Of a DNA stretch of 64,000 nucleotides, positions 9,591 through 18,514 are shown in pieces. Below the pieces are notes generated by a model that had not been told where the DNA came from, ran no database searches, and saw only the letters and a program-made list of their open reading frames with translations. The stretch is taken from positions 6,771-70,770 of the forward strand of contig CAZTVF010000005.1 of the NCBI GenBank assembly GCA_964616985.1. The letters are read 5' to 3'. The translations under genes were made by a program, and so were the position numbers. How positions within the stretch are numbered: the first letter of the stretch is position 1; every line of letters starts with the position of its first letter. This DNA comes from an uncultured Planctomycetaceae bacterium (GTDB lineage Bacteria > Planctomycetota > Phycisphaerae > SM23-33).

Positions 9591-9654
9591 GGTGGCGGCC
9601 TTCCCAGGCCGCCGCCAGATTGATGAGACGCAATGGTGGGCAAGCCTGCCCACC
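9591..9654. repeat. two REP-like hairpins: family 1 (GGTGGCGGCCTTCCCAGGCCGCCGCC) and family 2 (GGTGGGCAAGCCTGCCCACC)
   Basis: Both are perfect short palindromic stems (GGCGGCCT/AGGCCGCC and GGTGGGCA/TGCCCACC). Copies of the same sequences recur elsewhere in the window. Confidence 0.55.
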
Positions 9655-9670
9655 CTACGGTGGCTGATGC

Positions 9671-9720
9671 AACGATTCACTGATTCACTGATTCACTGAT
9701 CAACCGATTCACTGATTCCC
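9671..9720 (-). repeat. second 8-bp unit array (TTCACTGA x4-6), the inverted complement of the 9424-9495 array
   Basis: The sequence gattcactgattcactgattcactgatcaaccgattcactgattc fits the reverse complement (tYMacYga) of the first array's unit. The two arrays bracket about 175 bp containing the REP hairpins. Confidence 0.5.
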
Positions 9721-9781
9721 CACCGCGCGGCGATTATCGCTTTGCCAAACCCACCGCTTCTGCCGTATATCTTGCATATCT

Positions 9782-11101
9782 ATGCACAACGCAAACCCCA
9801 AGGTCGCGCTGGTGTCGCTGGGCTGCCCCAAGAACCTCGTCGATAGCGAGAAGATGCTCGCTACGCTGGCCGAGGGCGGCTGCGTCGTGGGCGCGCCCAT
9901 GGAAGACGCCGACGTCATCGTGGTCAACACGTGCGGCTTCCTCTCCTCCGCGCGCGAGGAATCGCTGGGCGTGATCCGCGAGGCCCTGGGGCTCAAGGAG
10001 GGTGGCCGCACGCAACGCGTGGTGGTCGCCGGCTGCCTGGTCAATCGCGACGCCAAGAAGCTCTTCAACATCGTCCCTGGCATCGACGCCATCGTCGGCG
10101 TGAACGACCGCGACGCAATCCTCGCCGCCGTGCGGGGGCAGCGGCGCGTGACCAAGGCCCATGCCTATGACGGCGGCATCCTCAGCGACGCCGGCCGCTT
10201 CCGCCTCACCCCTCGCCACACCGCGTATCTCCGCATCGCCGAGGGCTGTTCGCAGCGGTGCACCTTCTGCACCATCCCGGCCATCCGCGGGCCCTTCCGC
10301 TCCAAGCCCGTCGAGCAGATCGTGCAGGAGGCCCGCGAACTGATCGCCGACGGCGCGGTGGAACTCAACCTCATCGCCCAGGACACTACCAGCTTCGGCC
10401 GCGATCTCGAACAGGACCAGACGCTCGCCGGCCTGCTCCGCCGGCTGGACGCGCTGGACGGCGTGCAGTGGATCCGCCTGATGTACGCCTACCCGCGCCG
10501 CTTCACCGACGGCCTGATCGAGGCCATGGCCGAGTGCGAGCACGTATTGCCGTACGTCGATATTCCGCTGCAGCACATCTCGGACAGTGTCCTGCGCCGC
10601 ATGGGCCGCGGCGTCGGCCGCTCGGCCACCGATAAGCTCCTGGCGAAGATGCGCGACCGCATCAAGGGCCTGGTGATCCGCACGGCCTTCATCGTGGGCT
10701 TCCCGGGCGAGACGGAGGCGAACTTCCAGGAACTGCTGCAGTTCGTCAAAGATTTCCGCTTCGACGCCTTGGGCGTTTTCGAGTTCTCGCCCGAGGAAGG
10801 CGCACCCGCCGCCCGCCTGCCTCACGCGGTGGCGGCCGAGGTGAAAACCCATCGCGCCCGCCAGATCATGCTCGCCCAGCGCAAGATCGCGTTTGCCGCA
10901 AACCGCCACAAGATCGGCCGCTCGCTGCAGGTGCTTGTCGACGGCCCCGGCGGGGCGGGGCCGACGACCGGCCGCTATTATGGGCAGGCGCCGGATGTCG
11001 ACAGCGTTTGCCTGTTGACGAAACGCGTCCGGCAGGGACAATTGGTGTCCGCGAAGGTCGCGGGAACCGACGAGTACGACCTGGTAGTGGACCCGATGTA
11101 A
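9782..11101 (+). CDS. rimO: ribosomal protein S12 methylthiotransferase RimO (MiaB-family radical SAM)
   Basis: It has the KVALVSLGCPKNLVDSE N-terminal MTTase domain, the radical SAM CSQRCTFCTIP motif (CxxxCxxC), and a TRAM-like C-terminus. Confidence 0.8.
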   Translation: MHNANPKVALVSLGCPKNLVDSEKMLATLAEGGCVVGAPMEDADVIVVNTCGFLSSAREESLGVIREALGLKEGGRTQRVVVAGCLVNRDAKKLFNIVPGIDAIVGVNDRDAILAAVRGQRRVTKAHAYDGGILSDAGRFRLTPRHTAYLRIAEGCSQRCTFCTIPAIRGPFRSKPVEQIVQEARELIADGAVELNLIAQDTTSFGRDLEQDQTLAGLLRRLDALDGVQWIRLMYAYPRRFTDGLIEAMAECEHVLPYVDIPLQHISDSVLRRMGRGVGRSATDKLLAKMRDRIKGLVIRTAFIVGFPGETEANFQELLQFVKDFRFDALGVFEFSPEEGAPAARLPHAVAAEVKTHRARQIMLAQRKIAFAANRHKIGRSLQVLVDGPGGAGPTTGRYYGQAPDVDSVCLLTKRVRQGQLVSAKVAGTDEYDLVVDPM

Positions 11102-11103
11102 GT

Positions 11104-11781
11104 ATGAACTGGAAACTGCCCAACCAACTGACGATCGGCCGCATCGTGCTGGCGGCGATGTTCTTCGTGCTCCTGGGGATGTACGAGCCGGCACGGTGGT
11201 GGTCGAACTGGCTGATGAACGCCGCGTTCGTGATCTACCTCGTCGCGGGCATCACCGACATTCTCGACGGCTACCTCGCCCGCAAGTGGAACCTCACCAG
11301 CGCCTTCGGGCGCATCACCGACCCCTTCGTGGACAAGGTGCTGGTGGTGGGGGCCTTCGCGATGCTCGCGGGCTCCAACTTCGTGATGCAGGCGTCGGCG
11401 GCCGACGTGGAGCGGGGCCTGCCGCGCTGGATCACCGGCAACATGGCCACCGGCGTGCAGGCGTGGATGGTCGTGGTCATCATGGCCCGGGAGTTCATCG
11501 TCTCGGCCGTGCGCGGCTACAGCGAGTCGCAGGGCATCAAGTTCCCCGCGACGCCCGCCGGCAAGATCAAGATGTTCGTGCAGTCGTTCGCGATCTGCGC
11601 CGTGCTGTACCAGTTGGCGAACGCGCCGTCGGCGGCGTGGGCGATCTACCTCAAGGTGGGCTCGGTGTGGCTGTCGGTCATCATCACCGTGCTCAGCGGT
11701 CTGGCGTACGTGGGCAAGGCGCGGCACCTGTTGTCGAGCGACCACGTCGAGATCAGATCAAAGGATGACACCAAGCAATGA
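11104..11781 (+). CDS. pgsA: CDP-diacylglycerol--glycerol-3-phosphate 3-phosphatidyltransferase (CDP-alcohol phosphatidyltransferase family)
   Basis: It begins [17 protein letters not shown] and carries the CDP-OH-P-transferase motif [27 protein letters not shown] with multiple TM helices. It overlaps uppP by ATGA. Confidence 0.7.
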   Translation: MNWKLPNQLTIGRIVLAAMFFVLLGMYEPARWWSNWLMNAAFVIYLVAGITDILDGYLARKWNLTSAFGRITDPFVDKVLVVGAFAMLAGSNFVMQASAADVERGLPRWITGNMATGVQAWMVVVIMAREFIVSAVRGYSESQGIKFPATPAGKIKMFVQSFAICAVLYQLANAPSAAWAIYLKVGSVWLSVIITVLSGLAYVGKARHLLSSDHVEIRSKDDTKQ

Positions 11782-12767
11782 CACGCAAGGCATGGATGCC
11801 TGTGATCGTGGCCGTCGCCGCCGCGGCGATGCTGGCCGCTCCCGCAACCGCCGCCAAACCTGAGGCGACCTCGGCCCCCGCGTCGCAGCCGGTGCAGAAG
11901 ATCACCGTGGCGCAGGCGGCGATCCTGGGCGTCGTCGAGGGGATCACCGAATACCTCCCCGTCTCCTCCACCGGGCACCTCATCCTCGCCGGCAACTTCC
12001 TGGGCCTCAGCCACACCACCGACGAGCAGACGCTCCTGGGCCGCAAGATCCAGAAGGACCCCGCGCTGGACGCCTTCGACATCGTCATCCAGCTGGGCGC
12101 GATCCTGGCCGTGCTGGGCCTCTATCGCCGCCGCGTGGGGCAGATGTGCAAGGGCCTCGTCGGCCAAAGCCCCGACGGCCTGCGCCTGCTGGGCCTGCTG
12201 CTGCTGGCCTTCGTGCCCGCGGCCGTCGCGGGGCTGCTGCTGCACCACAAGATCGAGGAACACCTGTTCGCGCCCGTGCCGGTGACGTTCGCCCTGGTCA
12301 TCGGCGGGCTGTTGATGATCGTGGTGGAAGATCACTTCTGGCTGCGAAGCAGCACTCGCAAACGCACCACCGACGTGGGGTCGATGCAGTACTGGCAGGC
12401 GCTGGCAATCGGCATGGCCCAGTGCCTGTCGCTGTGGCCGGGAACGTCGCGCAGCATGATCACGATCATCGCGGCGCTGATCGTGGGACTGGACATGCTG
12501 ACGGCGGCTGAGTTCAGCTTCCTGCTGGCCCTGCCGACGCTGGGGGCGGCGACGCTGTACTCGGGCTACAAGCAATGGCACGAGCTGCTGCAGGTGGCCG
12601 GGCCGCTGGGGATCGCGGTGGGGCTGGTGGTCAGCGGCATCGTCGCGGCCATCGCCGTCAAGGGCTTTGTGCGATGGTTGACGCGTCACGGGCTGGTGCC
12701 GTTCGGCATCTATCGCATCCTGCTGGGCGCGGGGCTGTTCATCTGGTTCGTCGTGCTGGACAAGTAG
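11778..12767 (+). CDS. uppP: undecaprenyl-diphosphatase (BacA/UppP)
   Basis: It has the [18 protein letters not shown] signature and a polytopic membrane profile. A ~45-aa N-terminal extension suggests the true start may be further downstream. Confidence 0.75.
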   Translation: MTRKAWMPVIVAVAAAAMLAAPATAAKPEATSAPASQPVQKITVAQAAILGVVEGITEYLPVSSTGHLILAGNFLGLSHTTDEQTLLGRKIQKDPALDAFDIVIQLGAILAVLGLYRRRVGQMCKGLVGQSPDGLRLLGLLLLAFVPAAVAGLLLHHKIEEHLFAPVPVTFALVIGGLLMIVVEDHFWLRSSTRKRTTDVGSMQYWQALAIGMAQCLSLWPGTSRSMITIIAALIVGLDMLTAAEFSFLLALPTLGAATLYSGYKQWHELLQVAGPLGIAVGLVVSGIVAAIAVKGFVRWLTRHGLVPFGIYRILLGAGLFIWFVVLDK

Positions 12768-12952
12768 TCGAGGCCGCCGGCGGCGGTCCCGGGGCGGCCT
12801 GCCGTCAACATAGCCGGCGCGTTGGCACCCGACGCCTGGCTATGCGTCGAACTCATGGGCGAACCCACCCCCGGGCGTCGCGTCGCGAGGGTCAATTGCT
12901 TTTGCCGTCGCCCTATGATAATGTCAACGCACCGAGGCCCACTGGGCCGGGA

Positions 12953-13483
12953 ATGATGAGTATGACCAAGACCAACACGCGGCTGGGCGTCTTTCCGGGG
13001 ACTTTCGATCCGATCACCAATGGCCACCTCGACGTCATCCGCCGGGGCGCTAAGCTTTTCGACGGCCTTATCGTCGCCGTCGGCGAGAACCCCGAGAAGG
13101 CCGCCATGCTCAAGCAGGAAGAGCGCGCGGAGATCATCCGCGAGGTGGTGGCCGACATCCCTAACGTGCGCGTCGAGGTATTCAGCGGCCTGACCGTCGA
13201 CTTCGCCCGCAAGGTGGGGGCGGCGGCGATGCTCCGCGGCATCCGCAACAGTTCCGACCTTCAATACGAGTTCCAGATCGCGCTGACCAATCGCGTGGTG
13301 GCTGGCGTGGAAACCGTATTCATCATGACCAGCACCGAATACGCGTTCACCTCCTCCTCGCTGATCCGCCAGATCGCCCGCATGGGCGGCGACGTGTCGG
13401 CCATGGTGCCGCCGCAGGTGTTGCCGCACATCCAGGCCCGCTGCCGGGGCGGCGGCAACGACGGGACGCTTCGCGAAACATGA
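12953..13483 (+). CDS. coaD: pantetheine-phosphate adenylyltransferase
   Basis: MMSMTKTNTRLGVFPGTFDPITNGHLDVIRRG matches the (T/H)xGH nucleotidyltransferase motif. The start was set by codon counting within track ORF 12575-13483. Confidence 0.8.
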   Translation: MMSMTKTNTRLGVFPGTFDPITNGHLDVIRRGAKLFDGLIVAVGENPEKAAMLKQEERAEIIREVVADIPNVRVEVFSGLTVDFARKVGAAAMLRGIRNSSDLQYEFQIALTNRVVAGVETVFIMTSTEYAFTSSSLIRQIARMGGDVSAMVPPQVLPHIQARCRGGGNDGTLRET

Positions 13484-15723
13484 GGATCGCCAAGGGGACA
13501 TTCCTTCTGCTGGGCGCGATGGCGCTCGCGGCAGCGGCCTTGGCCGCCGACGCGCCGCCGGCGGCGGCCACCGCGCCTGCCCCGGCCATCGCCGACCTCC
13601 CCATCCGCATCGGCGGGCACGTTCGCGTGCTCGCGCCGCTGCTGACGCACGAGACCTCCGCGCCGCAGGCTCGCCAGGAACTGCTGGCCCTGCAGGAATC
13701 GTTCTTCTCGACGCTCGGGTCGTTCGCCGATGACGAGGACCTCGAACTGCGGCTGCGAACGCTGGCCTCGCTGGAGGATGGCATCCTGGAAGTGCGCGTC
13801 GCGAGGATCCTGGCGATCCTGCCCCTGGAGCAGGCGGATAAGATGCTGCGGTTCCGCAAGGCCCAGCCTCGGCTGTTCGCCGAGATGTTCAGCCAGGACT
13901 GGTCCCGTCGCACGAAGGCGATGAAGCAGCTCGCCAAGGCGACCGACCCGCAGAAACTGGCCGAGCCGCTGGTGATCATGTCGCTCCGCCATCCCGACTC
14001 GCAGCTGGTGGCGCAGGCGGCGCTGGCCGCCGGCCGCCTGGGATATGATTCGCCCGCCATCACCGAGGCATTGATCGAGGTGGCGCTGCAGGACGATAAC
14101 GACAACGGCTACCTGGTCGATCCGGACGGCACGCGGACCTCCTCGTGGATGGCGGCGCTGTCGGCGCTTCGCGATATCAACAGCGCCCAGGCGGCGCCGG
14201 TGCTCGCCTCGCTGCTGATCTCCAACAAGAGCAACTGGGGCAACTACGAGCGCTATGCCTCGGTGGCCGAGGCGCTGGCCAACAGCAACGAGATTCGCGT
14301 CCTGCCCGCGCTCATCGCCAGCCTCGACAACCGCCGCACGGCCAACTACAGCTGGTCGAACGGCGACTCCTCCGGCGGCACGAGCCTGTGCGACTACGCG
14401 TTCTACGCCGTGCTCCGCCTGACGGGACAGGCGGGGCAGGAGTACGCCTTCATTGTCAATTCGAACTATGGCAATACCAACATGGGCTTCAGCGACGAGA
14501 AGAGCCGCCGCGTTGCCTACGACCGTGTGAAGCAGTGGTGGGCTGCCCACAAGGATGAGCCGCCCTACAAGACGATGGAGCCGCTGGAGATCAAGCCGAT
14601 GAGCCGCCCCGGCAACAAGGCCGCGACGGCCAGTTCGGCCCCGGCGACGATGGCCGCGTCGGCCCCAGCCCCGGCGTCCATGCCTGCCCCCGTCCTGCCC
14701 CCCAGCCTGGCCGCGTCGGTTGCGGAGTACCTCAGGCCGCTGGCCCGGCAGTGCGCGGCGCCCAATCTCCACGTTCGTCAGGCCGCCCAGCGGGCGATCG
14801 CCGACCTTGAGGATGTGTACCTGCAGTCGCTGGTCGAGGCCGCGCGGGAAGGCGAACCGGCCCTGCGCGACAAGGTGCTGGACCTGCTGGCCGAGGCGTT
14901 CGCGGAGGGGACGATCCAGTCGACACTTTGCCGCCTGCCGGCGGCGCAGAAGGCGAAGATGTTCGCCTTGCTCCAGGATTCGCCCAAGGCGGCGCGGGAC
15001 ATGTTCTCGTTGAACAGTTCGGCCAAGGCCGAGGCGATGAAGACGCTGTTGGCGCGGCCGGACCCCAACACGCTGGCCGAGCCGCTGCTCCTGCTGACGT
15101 TGAAGGACCCCGCACCGTTCGTCCAACGGTTCGGCATCTCGCTTGCCGCCACCGGGCGCTATCGCAGCGACGAGAGCATAGATGCCCTGCTGTGCATGCT
15201 GCTGGCGATCTCGCAGGATGAGTGGAACCAGGCGGCCTACAACAGTGATCGCCCGCTGCGCAAGCTGCTCGAAGCGCTGACGAAGATCGGCAGCCCCCGT
15301 GCGGCGCCAGTCCTGCTGGGCATGCTCAACGTCAACGAGTACAACCGGGCGGCCCTGCTGATCGAGCCGTTGGTGGCGACCGGGCAGAAAGGCATGATCC
15401 CCGCGCTGATAGGCCGGCTGAACAACACCAGCGTCTACAGCACTCACTCCATGAATAACAAGAGCGTGACGCTGGCCAGCAGCGATACGGCGCTGGTGGT
15501 CCTGCTGCGGCTGACCGGCCAGGACATCAAATCGTACGGTCTGGAATCCATCGACAGCGGCGTCAAACTGTACGGGTTCAAGGACGAAAAGACCCGCAAA
15601 GACGCGATCAAGAAATTCCGCGACTGGTGGGCCGCCAACAAGGACCAGGCTCCCTATAAAGACATCAAGCCCATCGGCGCCCAGACACTCACCGGCGCCG
15701 ACGGTCGGCAGCAGGGGGACTAG
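13480..15723 (+). CDS. secreted HEAT/ARM-repeat protein with internal duplication (hypothetical)
   Basis: It has a signal peptide (MRIAKGTFLLLGAMALAAAALAA). Two homologous modules are present (...PQKLAEPLVIMSLRHPD... and ...PNTLAEPLLLLTLKDPAP..., and ...KDEPPYK... twice). Confidence 0.45.
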   Translation: MRIAKGTFLLLGAMALAAAALAADAPPAAATAPAPAIADLPIRIGGHVRVLAPLLTHETSAPQARQELLALQESFFSTLGSFADDEDLELRLRTLASLEDGILEVRVARILAILPLEQADKMLRFRKAQPRLFAEMFSQDWSRRTKAMKQLAKATDPQKLAEPLVIMSLRHPDSQLVAQAALAAGRLGYDSPAITEALIEVALQDDNDNGYLVDPDGTRTSSWMAALSALRDINSAQAAPVLASLLISNKSNWGNYERYASVAEALANSNEIRVLPALIASLDNRRTANYSWSNGDSSGGTSLCDYAFYAVLRLTGQAGQEYAFIVNSNYGNTNMGFSDEKSRRVAYDRVKQWWAAHKDEPPYKTMEPLEIKPMSRPGNKAATASSAPATMAASAPAPASMPAPVLPPSLAASVAEYLRPLARQCAAPNLHVRQAAQRAIADLEDVYLQSLVEAAREGEPALRDKVLDLLAEAFAEGTIQSTLCRLPAAQKAKMFALLQDSPKAARDMFSLNSSAKAEAMKTLLARPDPNTLAEPLLLLTLKDPAPFVQRFGISLAATGRYRSDESIDALLCMLLAISQDEWNQAAYNSDRPLRKLLEALTKIGSPRAAPVLLGMLNVNEYNRAALLIEPLVATGQKGMIPALIGRLNNTSVYSTHSMNNKSVTLASSDTALVVLLRLTGQDIKSYGLESIDSGVKLYGFKDEKTRKDAIKKFRDWWAANKDQAPYKDIKPIGAQTLTGADGRQQGD

Positions 15724-15744
15724 GGCGTCTTACAGGGGGGGGCT

Positions 15745-15805
15745 CCCAGCGGGAAGAAGCAGCGAGCCGCAGAACGGCAAAACAAGGAATTTCGAATACT
15801 GAAGT
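15745..15805 (+). repeat. copy of a dispersed ~60-bp 3'-end element (GAAGAAGCAGCGARCMGCAGAAC.GCARAACAAGGAATKTCGAATACTGAAGTGAAAGACAA)
   Basis: The same element occurs twice in tandem inside the 3' end of the transporter ORF at 46900-47090. Here it sits 20 nt after the stop of the HEAT-repeat gene. Confidence 0.55.
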
Positions 15806-15904
15806 GAAAGACAATGGGTCAGGAAAAGGTTCCTGACTGGCTGACCCCTTTTCCTCCTTGAGGGGCAATGCGAACGTCTGCCGCAGTGGAACGCGCTGAT
15901 GTTG

Positions 15905-16120
15905 TGTCATGGGTCCCGTAGGGACCGCTGAAGCTAGCCCAGCACTTTAGTGCTGGGTCAGGGGGCCGAGCGCACTTGAGTCCCGTAGGGACGATTGAAA
16001 CGTTTCAGTCGTCCCTGCGGGACTCAGAATGCGGGGAATACCTGCGTTTCCCCAGCACTGAAGTGCTGGGCTATTCTCAGCCGTCCCTACGGGACGCAGT
16101 AGCGGAAAAGCCATCCCACG
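15905..16120. repeat. cluster of short perfect palindromes in the convergent intergenic spacer
   Basis: GTCCCGTAGGGAC, CGTCCCTGCGGGACT/AGTCCCGTAGGGACG and CGTCCCTACGGGACG occur together with CCCAGCACTTTAGTGCTGGG and CCCAGCACTGAAGTGCTGGG and TGAAACGTTTCA. They are arranged as two inverted super-units. Confidence 0.5.
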
Positions 16121-16209
16121 CGCCCCGTCGGGTTCTGCGTGACGCACGCGACCTGGCCCCGAGGAGGCGGGATGCATAGACCGCCCGGATGGATCGCTCA
16201 GGTGGGATG

Positions 16210-16228
16210 GTGGGCAAGCCTGCCCACG
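16210..16228. repeat. REP family 2 copy (GGTGGGCAAGCCTGCCCAC)
   Basis: It is identical to the core at 9635-9654. Confidence 0.5.
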
Positions 16229-16577
16229 CTGCCCAAACGGTTTGGGCCGGCCAAGGGCGTCGGGCGGCGAGAAGCGGGTGGCGTTCGGAATCCCGTGAAG
16301 AACATTTGTTGTGGAGGGGGGCGGCTTGGCTTGGGGGGCGTCGTTACATATTCATGATAATGAATACGAATGAGTGGAAATAAAATCGGCGTCAGGGGAG
16401 GGGAGCCTGACGCCGTAAACTCGGTCAATAGAGGGACTCTTTTGACCGAGGAGCCTCACCGTAACGCGCCACTTCTATTTATAACGCAGAATTGGGATGT
16501 GTCAAGAAAATGAGAGAAAAAAAGTGGCATAGTAACCATTGATCCGCCGCCCGCCAGTTGAGGACGGACAGGGCCAC

Positions 16578-17219
16578 TCACTCCGCGTTTGCTGTTCCGT
16601 AAAGCCCGGTCCCAGCGATATATGCGCCCACGGCGTCGGGAACCCAATGTCGTATCGACAGGCCCGTCGCCCGCCGCCGGCGGATTTCGGTGGACGAGAT
16701 ATCGATCAGCGGCGTGGCCACCACGTTCTCCCTCAGCCGCTGCACAGCCTGCAGGCCCAGGGAATCAGCCAAGTTGTGAAACACGATATCGAGCTTCGCG
16801 TCCCAGGGGGGTCTGACGGCCACCAGCAGCGTGGCCAGGTCGAGCACGTCTTTCACCCGGTGCCAGCTTGGCAGATCCGCCAGCATGTCGGCGCCGATGA
16901 CCCAGTTCAACTGCGTCTGCGGGCCGTACTGCTGCCGCAGGAAGCACAGCGTGTCGTAGGTGAAACTTCGGCCGGGGCGATGGATCTCGATCTCGCTGAT
17001 CTCGAAGATGTCGTCCCCTTCGGTCGCCAGGCGGAGCATCGCCAGGCGGTCTGCCGCCGACGCGCGGGCGGGGCCCTTGTGAGGCGGCAGGCCCGAGGGC
17101 ACCAGCACGATCTTGCCGATGCCCCTGTGCTCGGCCAGCGACCGCGCGACGATCAGGTGCCCGTTGTGCACCGGGTCGAACGTGCCGCCGAAACAGACGA
17201 TGGATTTCGCTTCGGTCAT
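16578..17219 (-). CDS. nadD: nicotinate-nucleotide adenylyltransferase
   Basis: It starts MTEAKSIVCFGGTFDPVHNGHL (HxGH motif) and ends ISSTEIRRR. The track ORF has a 31-aa spurious extension. It overlaps the DUF58 gene stop by ATGA. Confidence 0.75.
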   Translation of the reverse strand: MTEAKSIVCFGGTFDPVHNGHLIVARSLAEHRGIGKIVLVPSGLPPHKGPARASAADRLAMLRLATEGDDIFEISEIEIHRPGRSFTYDTLCFLRQQYGPQTQLNWVIGADMLADLPSWHRVKDVLDLATLLVAVRPPWDAKLDIVFHNLADSLGLQAVQRLRENVVATPLIDISSTEIRRRRATGLSIRHWVPDAVGAYIAGTGLYGTANAE

Positions 17220-18112
17220 TTTCCCTGTCGCTGGGCGAGGAATTCGAGGAGGGCCTTGTCGAAGGTCATGGCGTTGTCGACGGTGATGAAATCCGCCCGC
17301 ACGCTCTGGCACTGCCGCTTGTACTCATCGATGAACGCCTGAATTTCCTTGAGGTACGACGCGCGGATCGCCTGCGGGTCGACCTCGATCGTCTCGCCGG
17401 TCTCGGGCTCCTCGAACCGCACCTGCCCGTCGAACTCGAACGTCAATTCGCTGTGGTCGAGCACCTGGAAGATGATCATGTCGTGCCCGCGGTACTTGAG
17501 GTGATGCAGCGCCTTGATCACTTCCTCCTGCCCGGCCAGCAGGTCCGACAGCAGGATGATCAGCCCGCGTTTCTTGATTCGTCCGGCCACGTCGTGCAGC
17601 GCGGCGGCCAGGTTCGTCTTCGCCGACGGCCGCGTCCGCGCGAGGATCGACAGGATATTCATCAGGTGCGACCGCTTGCTCTTGGGCGGCAGGAAGCCTC
17701 GCACCTTCTCGTCAAAGGTCACCAGGCCCACCGAGTCCTGCTGATGCACCATCATGTACCCCAGTGCCGCGGCCAGCGAGATGGCGTAATCCATCTTGCT
17801 CATCCGGCCGCCGGTGGCGTACGCCATCGACCCCGAGCAATCGACCAGCAGGTATGCGTCGAGGTTGGTCTCGGCCTGGTACTTCTTGATGTAGAAGCGG
17901 TCGGTCTTGCCGTACACGCCCCAGTCGATCTGGCGAATGTCGTCGCCGGGCACGTACTTGCGGTGCTCGGAGAACTCCACCGAGAAGCCGTGGTATGGCG
18001 AGGCATGCAGGCCCGAGAGGAACCCCTCGACGATGAATCGCGCCTTGAGGTCCAGCCGCACCACCTGCTGGATCACGTCCGGACGCAGATACTGTTCGAT
18101 GTTCAGTGACAT
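17216..18112 (-). CDS. DUF58-family protein (vWA-like; normally MoxR-associated)
   Basis: YHGFSVEFSEHRKYVPGDDIRQIDW and LLVDCSGSMAY (MIDAS-like DxSxS) are typical of DUF58. Confidence 0.7.
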   Translation of the reverse strand: MSLNIEQYLRPDVIQQVVRLDLKARFIVEGFLSGLHASPYHGFSVEFSEHRKYVPGDDIRQIDWGVYGKTDRFYIKKYQAETNLDAYLLVDCSGSMAYATGGRMSKMDYAISLAAALGYMMVHQQDSVGLVTFDEKVRGFLPPKSKRSHLMNILSILARTRPSAKTNLAAALHDVAGRIKKRGLIILLSDLLAGQEEVIKALHHLKYRGHDMIIFQVLDHSELTFEFDGQVRFEEPETGETIEVDPQAIRASYLKEIQAFIDEYKRQCQSVRADFITVDNAMTFDKALLEFLAQRQGK

Positions 18113-18234
18113 CGTCTCAGAGTGTACCCCATCGCAAGGGCGGAAGGAAGTGCGGCGCGTGGCTTGGCGGCTGCGTTCGCGTGACGCCCAGATTCGGTGG
18201 GCCCCACCTGGACGTCCAGCCCCCGTAAGCTTCT

Positions 18235-18400
18235 GAACATGTCAGCCCATGGCGGAAACCATGGGATTCGGGGCCGCGTGTCTGCAAGCCCCGGCAGGGG
18301 CGACATACGCGTCGTCCGGTGTCGCCCCTGCCGGGGCTCAGGAAAACGCTCAACTGACCTCATCGACCCACGGCTTCCGCCGTGGGCTAACATGTTTGAG
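18235..18400. repeat. composite palindromic element: two inverted ~30-bp hairpin units flanking an 18-bp-stem hairpin
   Basis: AACATGTCAGCCCATGGCGGAAACCATGGG (18235-18264) and its inverted relative CCCACGGCTTCCGCCGTGGGCTAACATGTT (18369-18398) flank GCCCCGGCAGGGGCGACA...TGTCGCCCCTGCCGGGGC. Confidence 0.45.
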
Positions 18401-18514
18401 GACCGCTTTGCTCAAACGCGTGCCCGCCGGGGGCCGGTACAGGACAGAGCCTTGCCGCGGCAACGGATTCGTCCAGAAACAACGGCCACGCCTGTCACGA
18501 ACGTGGGATCGTTC

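Noticed and set aside
9480-9680. 66-aa ORF between the two octamer arrays.
   Set aside because: It spans two REP hairpins and is Arg/His-rich with no start context. It is most likely non-coding.
9424-9720. CRISPR array interpretation of the octamer repeats, and of the 37-bp repeats at 47253-47370.
   Set aside because: The units are directly abutting with no unique spacers (8-bp period, or 37-bp units head-to-tail), and there are no cas genes. They are tandem satellite-like repeats, not CRISPR.
16456-16647. 63-aa ORF in the AT-rich spacer before nadD.
   Set aside because: It overlaps hairpin structures, lacks an RBS and has no family resemblance. The region is better explained as non-coding or regulatory.
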